Origin: a virus
Lineage: Duplodnaviria > Caudoviricetes
Reading direction: 5' to 3' (one strand)
Virus record (IMG/VR): IMGVR_UViG_3300006191_000021
Coordinates: 1 to 28,925 of that record
Length of the DNA stretch: 28,925 nt
A program made the translations under genes and the position numbers. The notes beneath the pieces were generated by a model, which worked only from the letters and a program-made list of their open reading frames with translations, was not told the origin of the DNA and ran no database searches. Position 1 is the stretch's first letter, and each line of letters begins with the position of its first letter. Positions 15,165 through 24,150 of the stretch are shown here, piece by piece.

Positions 15165-16256
15165 ATGGGTGGTATATTTAGCTCTCCCCCGCCGACAGTT
15201 GTGCAAGCACCGTTTCAATCTACATCTAACAGCAGCGGTGAGGTTTTACCATACGCCCCAGTAGAGCCTTTCCTTGAACAGATACTTCCAGAGATCAGGA
15301 CGGAGTTTACCCAGACTCCTGAACTCTACAGAGATTCACTGGTGCCTGATTTCTCAGCACAGACATTGGCAGCTAGGGACATCTACGGTCAGGTAGGGAA
15401 CACAGCTAGTCAGCTAGGTGGTATATATGGCAACTTGTTTGCCGGAGATATTGGAAGAGCAACGGCTAATCCTCTAGATGATTCTATTTACCAAGCACAG
15501 CTAGGGACAATCTCTCAGCAAGCTAGAGACATGACTGAACGTGACAAGCAGGTTGCCCAGCAACAGGCCATGGAAGCTGGTCAGTTTGGTCTAGGCTCTA
15601 CTGCCCTAGGTGAGCTACAGACGATGCAGCAGCAGAAACGTGAAGAGCTAGCGCAGCGTCAGATGTCTGTTGCCTTGCAGGAAGCAGAGGGTCGCCGCAT
15701 TGCCGCACAGGGCCGTGCGCCGCAAATAGGACAACAGATGTTATCGGCTCAGCTTACCCCTGCTAGTCTCCAAGAGGCTATTGGTGGGCAGGTTGAACAG
15801 CGCCAAGCTGCTTCACAGGCGGACGCTGCTAGGTTGGCACAGCAGGACCAAGAAGCTAGAAGGGCGCAGCTCATTACGATGTCTAACCTCTTTGGTGGCT
15901 TGGCGGGTCTTGGTAATAGTACGATTAACCAAGGAACAAGTAGCGGATTTAACAGCCAAGTTATTGGAGGCGGTGCTAGCCCGTTCAGCCAGATTGCTAG
16001 TGCTGCTGGTGCGGCTGCTTCAATATACGGGGCGGCGTCTGATATTCGTTTAAAAACTGATATCAAGTTTGTCACCAAGCTTAAGAATGGCATCAACGTA
16101 TACCGTTGGCGTTGGAACAAACGTGGTGCTGAGATTACCAATCGTGTATTTGGCTTTGGTGTTATTGCCCAAGAGCTACAGAAGATCAAACCTGGTTCTG
16201 TCACTAAGGGCAAACATGGTTACCTGATGGTCAACTATGCTGGCATAGGAGATTAA
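15165..16256 (+). CDS. Internal virion/ejection protein with C-terminal peptidase S74 (intramolecular chaperone) domain
   Basis: Gln/Ala-rich helical body, then C-terminal 'SDIRLKTDI..VYRWRW..GVIAQE..GYLMVNY'. Confidence 0.75.
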   Translation: MGGIFSSPPPTVVQAPFQSTSNSSGEVLPYAPVEPFLEQILPEIRTEFTQTPELYRDSLVPDFSAQTLAARDIYGQVGNTASQLGGIYGNLFAGDIGRATANPLDDSIYQAQLGTISQQARDMTERDKQVAQQQAMEAGQFGLGSTALGELQTMQQQKREELAQRQMSVALQEAEGRRIAAQGRAPQIGQQMLSAQLTPASLQEAIGGQVEQRQAASQADAARLAQQDQEARRAQLITMSNLFGGLAGLGNSTINQGTSSGFNSQVIGGGASPFSQIASAAGAAASIYGAASDIRLKTDIKFVTKLKNGINVYRWRWNKRGAEITNRVFGFGVIAQELQKIKPGSVTKGKHGYLMVNYAGIGD

Positions 16257-16257
16257 G

Positions 16258-16752
16258 ATGGGTAAGCAATTTTTTGGTGGAGAGTCTACTGATATAGATT
16301 TTGATCAAGATGATGGAGAGTTATTTACTGGAAGCGGGGGGAGTGCCGAGGAGATTTCTAAAACTTACGCGCAGTTCGATCCTGATACAGACGAAACTTC
16401 CTTCTTCAATTCAAGCGACGATAGTCCTATAACTGATCCTGAAGATGTGAAAAGACTTTCTGAGCAATACGGAGCGCCAAAGAAAAAAGCATTCGACGTT
16501 AAGAAAGCTCTAGAAGAAGCCGGGAAGGTTGGTAGTGCGAAAGCACCGGAAGCAATTGCAGCTAGTGGTATGCCCAATGTAGGACTACCCGGCTTAGGCC
16601 CGACAAGACGGATGGGAATGCCGGAACAGTATCCCTATGCAGCACCATCGTACTTGCAGGATTCTAGGGCATATAATACACAAATTGGTAAGCTGGTAAA
16701 CACATTACTGAGCACTCAAATTCGTGGTCGCAGTATTAGAAGTTTAATTTAA
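16258..16752 (+). CDS. Hypothetical protein (putative internal virion protein)
   Basis: Low-complexity 164-aa ORF with an acidic N-terminus, 1 nt after the upstream stop. Confidence 0.6.
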   Translation: MGKQFFGGESTDIDFDQDDGELFTGSGGSAEEISKTYAQFDPDTDETSFFNSSDDSPITDPEDVKRLSEQYGAPKKKAFDVKKALEEAGKVGSAKAPEAIAASGMPNVGLPGLGPTRRMGMPEQYPYAAPSYLQDSRAYNTQIGKLVNTLLSTQIRGRSIRSLI

Positions 16753-16763
16753 GGTATATTAAT

Positions 16764-18053
16764 ATGGCTGAAGATTATAGAACAACTGCTCAACGGCTTA
16801 GTGATGGCCAAGAACGGCTTGCTAACCGGGTAAGTCAGCAGCGGCTTACAGACGAAGGGGGAATAGGACTGCTGAGTACTATCTTAGGCCCAGCTAGGTT
16901 CGGAGCAAGTGCGGCAGTACGGTCGATTAAAGAGGGCCGAAACCTTCTTGGTGTGTTATCTACTGCAAACAAGACTAACCCTGTTCGTAAGCTCATAGCA
17001 AACGATCTTGCAGCGCAGGTAGCTGCCAAGAGACTTGCACAGCCTACTCTTGCCAATGCGGCCAAGAGAGCAGCGGGCCTTCTCCCCGTTGCTGGTGCAA
17101 TGCAAGCTGGGAGCGGAGAGGGACCACAAAGTGTATCGAGCATTAGGAATATTGCCATAGAACCTGGAGTATACGGCGCTATACCGGGAAGGCCGGGTAC
17201 AGAGGTCTATGCAGGAGTAGACGCCCCCCCGATGGACGCACCTATTCCCACTCCCTCTCCTGACGCAGCGCTTAAACTCGGACTTATAAGCGGGGAAGGC
17301 GTAGCACAAGATAGAAACCAAGGTAATCTTCTTTCTGGTCTGTTAGGAGACATAAATTACAAAGGAATGTTAGACCAACTGTTTAAAACTTTCCAGAGGC
17401 CAGAGATGTTGACTCCCGGTGTCAACGCCTTGACCAGTTTTGGCATGGCTGGTGCAGGATTGAGACAAGCTGAGCTGGCTGGTGCAGCGGTGGAACAAGC
17501 AAGGGAGGACAAACTTGCAGCGGCAGAACAAATAAGGGCGGACAAGTTTGCAATAGCTGGGATTAATAATGCTCCCGGCGCTCCTAAGTTTGATAAAACA
17601 CAAACAGATTTGCTTTTAGATATTACCAAAGGACAGGGAGCTTTAGATAATCTACAAAAAGCTTTAGAATTATCTTTGCAAAGTAAATTAACCGGAGCAG
17701 GACCACAGGGCCTCCAAGGAGTTAGTAATCTTTTAGCAGCTTTCGGTATTGATCCCGGTGTAAGTGCTATTAAAGATTATGAAAACCGAGTAGCTAGGAT
17801 CAAAGCTGACCTCTCTGCATCAAAAATATTTGGCAGAGAAATGAACAGGCAGGAGCTTAAAATACTAGAGAAGTTAGTTAGCGATCCTGGTATTTTTAAT
17901 ACAAATACTCAGCTAAGAAATCAGTTACGTAATTTGACAGGAACGCTTGAAAAAACCATAAGAACAAAAAGGCAGATTATAGCAGCACAGTTTCCAAATA
18001 CCGATATTAGAAAAATTATAGAATCGCCTAAATCTGTATTTAAGGAGGAGTAA
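16764..18053 (+). CDS. Putative internal virion/ejection protein
   Basis: 429 aa, Ala/Gly/Leu-rich and helical, with SD AAGG, inside the ejection gene cluster. Confidence 0.6.
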   Translation: MAEDYRTTAQRLSDGQERLANRVSQQRLTDEGGIGLLSTILGPARFGASAAVRSIKEGRNLLGVLSTANKTNPVRKLIANDLAAQVAAKRLAQPTLANAAKRAAGLLPVAGAMQAGSGEGPQSVSSIRNIAIEPGVYGAIPGRPGTEVYAGVDAPPMDAPIPTPSPDAALKLGLISGEGVAQDRNQGNLLSGLLGDINYKGMLDQLFKTFQRPEMLTPGVNALTSFGMAGAGLRQAELAGAAVEQAREDKLAAAEQIRADKFAIAGINNAPGAPKFDKTQTDLLLDITKGQGALDNLQKALELSLQSKLTGAGPQGLQGVSNLLAAFGIDPGVSAIKDYENRVARIKADLSASKIFGREMNRQELKILEKLVSDPGIFNTNTQLRNQLRNLTGTLEKTIRTKRQIIAAQFPNTDIRKIIESPKSVFKEE

Positions 18054-18055
18054 TC

Positions 18056-21000
18056 ATGCCTATTAAAACTCTAATAGATGGGCGTAAAGTTAACCTTCCA
18101 GAGGGGCTAACAGAAGCTGAACAAACCAATCTTGTGCTTAAAGCATTCCCCGATGTTGCCGCATTGTCTGGAATGTCTTATGACGTAGAGCGGGAGTACG
18201 ATGTTGAAACTGGTGTAAGAGATTTCTCTGCTAGGTTTGGCGCTGCCTTGGCTGATGGTAATCCAGACGAAATCAAAGCCGAGTTTGATGGAACTTTTGG
18301 TAAAGATAATTGGGGTGTAAGCCATTTTGGTGAGCTTTATGCTACTCCAGAAGGTATGAAGGCAGTAGGACAAGAATCAACAGATGGTAGAAAGGTTTTG
18401 CTCGATCCTATTGGAACGGATATTTACGATCTGGTAGACATTATTCCAGAGGTTGTAGTAGGTGCGGGTGCCTTAGCTGCTGAGCTTATTCCCGTACCCG
18501 GTACAGGCGTAGTCGGTGCCACCGCTGCGCGTGGTCTATTATCTGCTATCAGTGGGCGTGGTTTAGTTGCTAGGTCAGCCCGTGCTGGTTTTGGCGATGC
18601 GGCTGCTAATGTTGGTCTGGAGGGCGTACAGAAACTACGTGGCACTCAACGTGAATCACTTGGTGAAGTCCTGCAAGACGCTGGAACAGAAGGGCTGGTG
18701 GTTGGTCTAGGTAGTATAGTTCTGGGAGCGCCGTTTGCTGCCGTAGGTGGTGTAGGAAACCGTATTAAGGCTGCTTCCAAAGATTTACCACCAGGCGCTC
18801 AAGGAACTCGCCCGCTACAGCTACAAGAAATGATAGACGCCAAGAACCGAGTTACAAAACAAGTTGGAGAAGATGACGCAATGCTTCTTAGCTTGCGTAC
18901 ACTTGTCGGAGAACAGGGTCTAGTAGCTGGTAACATATTGACCAAGATTGAAGGCGTTGGTGCAAAACAACTTGGCGATGCGTTTGCCGAACGTACTCTG
19001 AAGTTTATGACAAAGTACCGAAGTATTGCTTTGGAGTCTGCACGCCTTGGTGACAAGGAGCTTACCACTCTATATAAACTTAAAACAATGTTGAGCAAAA
19101 GTGAGCAAGAATTTGGTCGTAAGATTGTAAAAGAACTGTCTAATTTTAACAATTCTCCTATAGGCAAGATTGATAAAGCAGCGGGTACTATGCGTGGTTT
19201 TAAAGACTTGGCGGAGCAGAGAATGCTGGGCCAGTACCGGCAGAGCATGAAAGCTTTTGCAGGTGATGAGTTCTACGGACAGTTTAAGAACATAGGTGGA
19301 AGAACTCTTACTAACGGTGAGCTAGCTAAGTTTGTACAAAAAATAGCTGACGATTCTGGAATAGGTGTAGACGATGTTGTAAATTCGTTTGATAGCCGCG
19401 TGACTTCTCGAATTAAAGTACAGGATAACGGAAAAGTATCCCCGGTTTTCTTAACAGCCGCTCAGAAAAACCGTAAAACTCAAGCTACTTCACAAGGAGA
19501 ACAATATAACCTGTATTCTGGTGCAGACATTTCCCCACAAGACTTGCTTAACTACGATATGGCAATTCGTAGACGTGCTTATGACAAAAAAGCTAATCTT
19601 GCAGCCGCTCGTAAAAACCTAGAAATTTCTAAAGCTGCCCAAAACCAAATAGGAAAATTACCGGGCATTGATAAGCGTTTCAAATCTAAGTTGGCAACGG
19701 TTAACAAACAGTACTCTAAGTTTGCCAATATCTATAGAGGCAAAAACGGGCTGTTTGAACAAATTGCTAAAAGGCCCACCGATGATTCACAAGCGTATCT
19801 TACTCAGTTTATCAATGGTAAAGAAGGCGCAGAGTTTGCTACATTATTGGACAAGATGGATCAAGCCTTTGGTCCCAACGCGATAGGTGGTTCTGTCGGT
19901 CTAGAGACACGGGAACAACTTTTAGGAGCGATGGGTGTCAATTTTGTAAGGGAGAATAAGCAAGATGTCTTGGCTGCTTTTAACAACATGTCACCAGCAG
20001 AGGGTGCGGTGGCGGCTACTAAAGCGCTTAAGAAAATAAACACCCTTGAAAGTACAATGGTTAAAAAGGTGGGTGGTCCCAAAGCGCAAAAGGCAATGAA
20101 GCAGTTGTTCCAGCAGGAACTGATGACGGACTATAAACAACTACTCAGGCAAATCTCTACAGGCACTCCAAAAAGTGCTTTAAAAGCTAGTCAACAACTT
20201 GGCTTGGTTATGAGCTTTAGAGAAGCAGCGGACTTTATAACTAAGACATCAAAATATGGTTCAAATCTTAGCAAGAGCAATCTTGACGATGCAGTTGTTA
20301 ATCTACGGGCCTTGGACGCTCTAGACAAACGTAACGGAGCTTTTTACAGAGACTTGATGTTTAGTGAAAACTGGGGAAGAGTTATTAACGCAATGGCTGA
20401 AGGAACAGCAGCTCAGAAAAACGCCGCTTTTAAAGGTTGGGCGGACGATTGGATAACTGCTAGAAGCGCTCCTAACGGAGTGGCAAATATGACAGAGTTA
20501 TTTGGAAAAGAAGTATATCAAGGTATGGACGATCTTGCCCTTAATATCCGAGGAGCGCTTAACATTGATGCAAATGCTGGTGCATTGTCCGTAGCTGAGC
20601 AACCAGTAAGTCTTCTACGTAAAATTATGCGTCTGGATTTATCTGGTGCTATGAAACCTTTAAGTTTTATTTTTGGATCAAAGCAGTTTGCACCCGGTAC
20701 CCCTGTGTGGAAAGCGTTGAACAAACAATTAGAAAACGGCGTGTCGCCTAGTGCGGTGTTAAAAAGCCAATCCGGTGTAGCTAATAAAGCTTTAGGTGTT
20801 GCACAAAAAGCATCTAACGGTGTTATGGCAGGTAGGAACGGATTGTTTGCAGCGTCTGTGTCTTCCTACTTAAACGAAGCTGACCAGGTTTACCCAATGG
20901 AGGGCGAACTACCAGTAGTGGCTCCTAAGAAGATGGAAGACGTGGCTCCTGCTGCGCCTCAACAGCAGAGCATGGGTGCAATACCTACAGACACAGGCAT

Positions 21001-21109
21001 TGCCGCTATCCAGCAGATAGCCCAGATGCTAGGACAGGCTGGTAGTATTGAAGGTGTAGGTACAGGAGGTCTTGAACAAGGAGCTTCATTGGCTAGGAGT
21101 GTTGCATAA
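18056..21109 (+). CDS. Large internal virion/DNA ejection protein
   Basis: 1017 aa with a strong SD (AAGGAGGAG). N-terminal Gly/Ala hydrophobic segments are followed by a long helical region, as in podovirus ejectosome proteins. Confidence 0.65.
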   Translation: MPIKTLIDGRKVNLPEGLTEAEQTNLVLKAFPDVAALSGMSYDVEREYDVETGVRDFSARFGAALADGNPDEIKAEFDGTFGKDNWGVSHFGELYATPEGMKAVGQESTDGRKVLLDPIGTDIYDLVDIIPEVVVGAGALAAELIPVPGTGVVGATAARGLLSAISGRGLVARSARAGFGDAAANVGLEGVQKLRGTQRESLGEVLQDAGTEGLVVGLGSIVLGAPFAAVGGVGNRIKAASKDLPPGAQGTRPLQLQEMIDAKNRVTKQVGEDDAMLLSLRTLVGEQGLVAGNILTKIEGVGAKQLGDAFAERTLKFMTKYRSIALESARLGDKELTTLYKLKTMLSKSEQEFGRKIVKELSNFNNSPIGKIDKAAGTMRGFKDLAEQRMLGQYRQSMKAFAGDEFYGQFKNIGGRTLTNGELAKFVQKIADDSGIGVDDVVNSFDSRVTSRIKVQDNGKVSPVFLTAAQKNRKTQATSQGEQYNLYSGADISPQDLLNYDMAIRRRAYDKKANLAAARKNLEISKAAQNQIGKLPGIDKRFKSKLATVNKQYSKFANIYRGKNGLFEQIAKRPTDDSQAYLTQFINGKEGAEFATLLDKMDQAFGPNAIGGSVGLETREQLLGAMGVNFVRENKQDVLAAFNNMSPAEGAVAATKALKKINTLESTMVKKVGGPKAQKAMKQLFQQELMTDYKQLLRQISTGTPKSALKASQQLGLVMSFREAADFITKTSKYGSNLSKSNLDDAVVNLRALDALDKRNGAFYRDLMFSENWGRVINAMAEGTAAQKNAAFKGWADDWITARSAPNGVANMTELFGKEVYQGMDDLALNIRGALNIDANAGALSVAEQPVSLLRKIMRLDLSGAMKPLSFIFGSKQFAPGTPVWKALNKQLENGVSPSAVLKSQSGVANKALGVAQKASNGVMAGRNGLFAASVSSYLNEADQVYPMEGELPVVAPKKMEDVAPAAPQQQSMGAIPTDTGIAAIQQIAQMLGQAGSIEGVGTGGLEQGASLARSVA

Positions 21110-21675
21110 TGGCTAATATATTTGATCAGTTAGAACAGGCGGCTGCTGAAAGCGGCGCGTCTGAGCCTCTTAACTACGCAATGGATCGTCTGCCATCTAT
21201 GGAAGAGGCAGGGGCTGGCGCTGTTGGTGCTGCGGCTAACTACCTAGCCCCTGAGACAGTAGACTATACCAAGCAGCTTATCGACGCTGCCAAGGAGCAG
21301 TACATAGACCCTATGCGGCAGCAGTTCAACGAAATGCTCCCTACTGGCGTCACCATGAGCGGTAGCCCTAGCCTTACTAATCCTACATTGACACCAAGGT
21401 TGGACCTTAGCGTCGTCTCTCCCTACGTACAGGGCAGCGCAGAGGCCACCCTAGGGCAGCAGGGCTTGCTGGGCTATAACGTCAACGCACAGGTGCCTAT
21501 GGGCGGCGGGTTCACTGGTGTTGGTAACTATGGACCACAGGGTGGCAACGTTGGAGTTAACTATGCACAAGGTGGTTTGTCTGCTGGTATCAACGCTCCT
21601 GTTAACCACACTGCCGGGGTCAGCGACATGCTCAGGAATATTACAGCAAGCATCGGATACACGGGGAAATTTTGA
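21109..21675 (+). CDS. Hypothetical protein with beta-strand-rich C-terminus ending in Phe
   Basis: TAATG coupling. The C-terminal half has alternating Gly/hydrophobic strands and ends 'SIGYTGKF'. Confidence 0.65.
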   Translation: MANIFDQLEQAAAESGASEPLNYAMDRLPSMEEAGAGAVGAAANYLAPETVDYTKQLIDAAKEQYIDPMRQQFNEMLPTGVTMSGSPSLTNPTLTPRLDLSVVSPYVQGSAEATLGQQGLLGYNVNAQVPMGGGFTGVGNYGPQGGNVGVNYAQGGLSAGINAPVNHTAGVSDMLRNITASIGYTGKF

Positions 21676-21676
21676 T

Positions 21677-22384
21677 ATGGTAGGTTTACTAGATTACGTG
21701 CAGCGTCTCATAGGTATACCCGAAAATATGTCTAGTGACCCTGACGTTGCGGCTTATGATATAATGGGCATACCAAAACCCCAAAGAAAACCCATACCAA
21801 AACCCCAAAGAAAACCCGGTGGGCTTCTTAATGTGTCTGAAGAACTACCGGACAATATAGTTTCTCAGCTTAGCTCATATATAAATAGTAATTTTCCAGC
21901 ATCTCAGTATCCGGGTGCGCGAGCAGCTATGTTGGGAACTATAGTTTCAGAGGCTGGCGAAGATATGAGGTTCGATCAGGAACAGCTGAGTGGTGGTCCC
22001 GGATACGGTTTGTTCCAAATGGAAAGACCCCACTACAGAAGGTACGTGACCACGCCCAAAGGAGTAGAAAAAATATATTCAAGACTTAATCCTACTGAAG
22101 CAGAGAAGGCAAGGGGCTTTAAGCCATACTTAGACACAGTTGGAGCAAGGTACAATAAGTTTTTAGAAAATAGCAAACTACAAGATTCTGCAGAAAATCA
22201 AATTAGATTTATGTCTGACAAGATCAAAAAAAATAAACTAGTCATGGAAGCCTTCAAATCATCCGATCCCTTTAAGGCAATAGACGCTTTCACTGCTCAG
22301 ATAATTAAACCCAAAGCTTATCTAGTCAGATCAACAAGACAGGATGTGCTTAAACGTAGGCGTAGAGCGGCTAGAAGATTTTAG
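21677..22384 (+). CDS. Lysozyme-fold peptidoglycan hydrolase (phage tail lysozyme-like)
   Basis: 'AAMLGTIVSE' (candidate catalytic Glu), 'GGPGYGLFQ' and 'ENQIRFM'. The ATG at 21677 lies 1 nt after the upstream stop and is preferred over 21518. Confidence 0.7.
   Translation: MVGLLDYVQRLIGIPENMSSDPDVAAYDIMGIPKPQRKPIPKPQRKPGGLLNVSEELPDNIVSQLSSYINSNFPASQYPGARAAMLGTIVSEAGEDMRFDQEQLSGGPGYGLFQMERPHYRRYVTTPKGVEKIYSRLNPTEAEKARGFKPYLDTVGARYNKFLENSKLQDSAENQIRFMSDKIKKNKLVMEAFKSSDPFKAIDAFTAQIIKPKAYLVRSTRQDVLKRRRRAARRF
21769..21816 (+). repeat. Perfect 24-bp tandem duplication
   Basis: CATACCAAAACCCCAAAGAAAACC occurs twice, encoding IPKPQRKP twice. Confidence 0.95.
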
Positions 22385-22747
22385 ATGGAAGGCGGCATAG
22401 ACATACGCCTTGTTGTCACAATTGCCGGTATCTTGTTCAGCGTAGCAGGAGCCAGTGCTGTGGCTAAGATGCAGATCAAACAGCTTGTAGAAAAGCTACA
22501 AGACATGGAACAACGGATGCGTAAAATGGACAGTCGTGAAGACAGGCTGGCTACGTTAACTGAGACACAGCAGCAGAGGATAGATATCTTGGCAAAGATG
22601 GCAAGTCCTGAGAACCTTCGAAGAGATCAGATGCAGCTAGCAGAGCTTTTGACTAATGTCAAACAGTTAGAAAAATCTTGTGACCGACTTTATTCCATGC
22701 ACAATGGCAAACATCCACCTGTGTCAGACACCAGAAAGGCAGACTGA
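22385..22747 (+). CDS. Membrane-anchored coiled-coil protein (possible lysis protein)
   Basis: N-terminal hydrophobic helix 'LVVTIAGILFSVAGASAVA' followed by a heptad coiled coil, directly after the lysozyme gene. Confidence 0.55.
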   Translation: MEGGIDIRLVVTIAGILFSVAGASAVAKMQIKQLVEKLQDMEQRMRKMDSREDRLATLTETQQQRIDILAKMASPENLRRDQMQLAELLTNVKQLEKSCDRLYSMHNGKHPPVSDTRKAD

Positions 22748-23187
22748 TGGGTATACCCTTTGAATTAATCACAATGCTAGGCTCAGGCTTGCTCAGTGGC
22801 GTGCTAACACTGTTCAGTCAAGGCCAGAAGGCCAAGCAGGATGCATTCAGCAGGGCCATAGAGGGCTTGTCTGCACAGTCGAAGGCCACAGACTTGGCCC
22901 GCAGGTACGAGAACAAGGGCTTCCAAGTTACGCGCAGGGTAATTGCTTTGTCTGCCGTAGGTGCTATCATAGTGTGGCCCAAGGTGATAGCAGTGTTCTG
23001 GCCTGAGATACCTGTTACAATAGGCTACACAGAATGGAACCCTGGTTTCTTGTTCTTCACAGAAGGCAAGGAACTTATAAAATGGCAGTCACTTAAAGGC
23101 TTGGTAATCACACCACTAGACACACATTTGCTCAGTGCAATTGTCGGTCTGTACTTTGGTGCTTCAATGGTGAAGAATGCAAAATAA
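22747..23187 (+). CDS. Holin-like membrane protein
   Basis: Three hydrophobic segments and a C-terminal 'AIVGLYFG', at the distal end of the late operon. Confidence 0.5.
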   Translation: MGIPFELITMLGSGLLSGVLTLFSQGQKAKQDAFSRAIEGLSAQSKATDLARRYENKGFQVTRRVIALSAVGAIIVWPKVIAVFWPEIPVTIGYTEWNPGFLFFTEGKELIKWQSLKGLVITPLDTHLLSAIVGLYFGASMVKNAK

Positions 23188-23383
23188 TCCCACAGATAAC
23201 TTCTGCGTAGACTGTACATGCAACAGGGAGTGCCACTGTGCGGAAGCAACGCTAACATCTGAACATGTGTCAGAACCTTGTCCTCAATGTGACTGCGGGG
23301 ATTGTCAGTGTAAGAATATGTACAAGAGGACTACTGAATTTGCAACGAGTGGGTGGGCAAAACCAACAATACAGATGGAGTAG
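23177..23383 (+). CDS. Small Cys-rich, metallothionein-like protein
   Basis: 10 Cys within residues 10-45: CVDCTCNRECHC and CPQCDCGDCQC. It overlaps the upstream stop. Confidence 0.55.
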   Translation: MQNNPTDNFCVDCTCNRECHCAEATLTSEHVSEPCPQCDCGDCQCKNMYKRTTEFATSGWAKPTIQME

Positions 23384-23385
23384 CT

Positions 23386-23589
23386 ATGACAGTAACATTT
23401 AAATTTATGCTGATAATTTTGTTATGGAACAACGACGGATCGTTCGATAACAATGTTGCAGAAGTAAGCGAATGCCCTAGTATAGAAACTGTCAGATCAG
23501 TTATGGAAGAGCGGCGGAAAGTAGGACAGTTTAAAAGCTGGGCAGCGTTTTGTGAACACGTTGAATTTGGTCACGACACTGCTATTTAA
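23386..23589 (+). CDS. Small hypothetical protein with hydrophobic N-terminus
   Basis: ATG at 23386 with SD GGAG (23377-23380), a hydrophobic 'FMLIILLW' segment and two Cys. Confidence 0.6.
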   Translation: MTVTFKFMLIILLWNNDGSFDNNVAEVSECPSIETVRSVMEERRKVGQFKSWAAFCEHVEFGHDTAI

Positions 23590-24148
23590 ACGCAGGACCA
23601 TACGCCCATCCTGTTAGGCTATAGCGTACACCTTTGGTCACTGGTGTTACCCTGTGGTAGTAGTAGCTGGGAAAGACAACGATCCTACCGGCAGTCTTCA
23701 TGGCCTCTTCCTTAATCACTCTCTTCCTGTACGGAGCACTGGGAGAACCCCAGCTGAACTGGAAGTCCCCCCCTTCGTAGTCGTCGTTGAGCACAACGTT
23801 GAACGTTAGCTTTCTAGCTTGTTCCTTGTGGTCATAGTCTATGTGCCAAGAGTACTTCTCCCCCACTGTGTACTTGCTAAGCTGGAGCGGTTGTACACCT
23901 TGGATATCAAAGTTCCAACCTTGCTGCAAGTTTGCGGCCAAGACACTGTACAAGACAGTCTGCATGAAATTAGGATCGTCTATGCCAAACATAGAGTTGT
24001 TCCTAATTTGTTCTATCTTCTTGCCGTGATTGACCAAGGCTTCTTGTTCAGTCAAGTTATCTGCTAGTTTAATTATAGCTTGACAGAACTCTGGGGTAAA
24101 GTCATCCGTGCCTGTCTCCTCGCCAGACCTAAATACACTACCGTACAT
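23582..24148 (-). CDS. 2OG-Fe(II) oxygenase (prolyl 4-hydroxylase-like)
   Basis: 'Y.WHID' (HxD), 'RKLT..LNDDYEGGDF' and 'FPS..HRVTPVTKGVRYSL.GW'. Confidence 0.9.
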   Translation of the reverse strand: MYGSVFRSGEETGTDDFTPEFCQAIIKLADNLTEQEALVNHGKKIEQIRNNSMFGIDDPNFMQTVLYSVLAANLQQGWNFDIQGVQPLQLSKYTVGEKYSWHIDYDHKEQARKLTFNVVLNDDYEGGDFQFSWGSPSAPYRKRVIKEEAMKTAGRIVVFPSYYYHRVTPVTKGVRYSLTGWAYGPAFK

Positions 24149-24150
24149 CT

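Noticed and set aside
21518-21676. Extended N-terminus of the lysozyme ORF
   Set aside because: It overlaps the upstream gene by about 158 nt; the ATG at 21677 fits the operon's coupling pattern.
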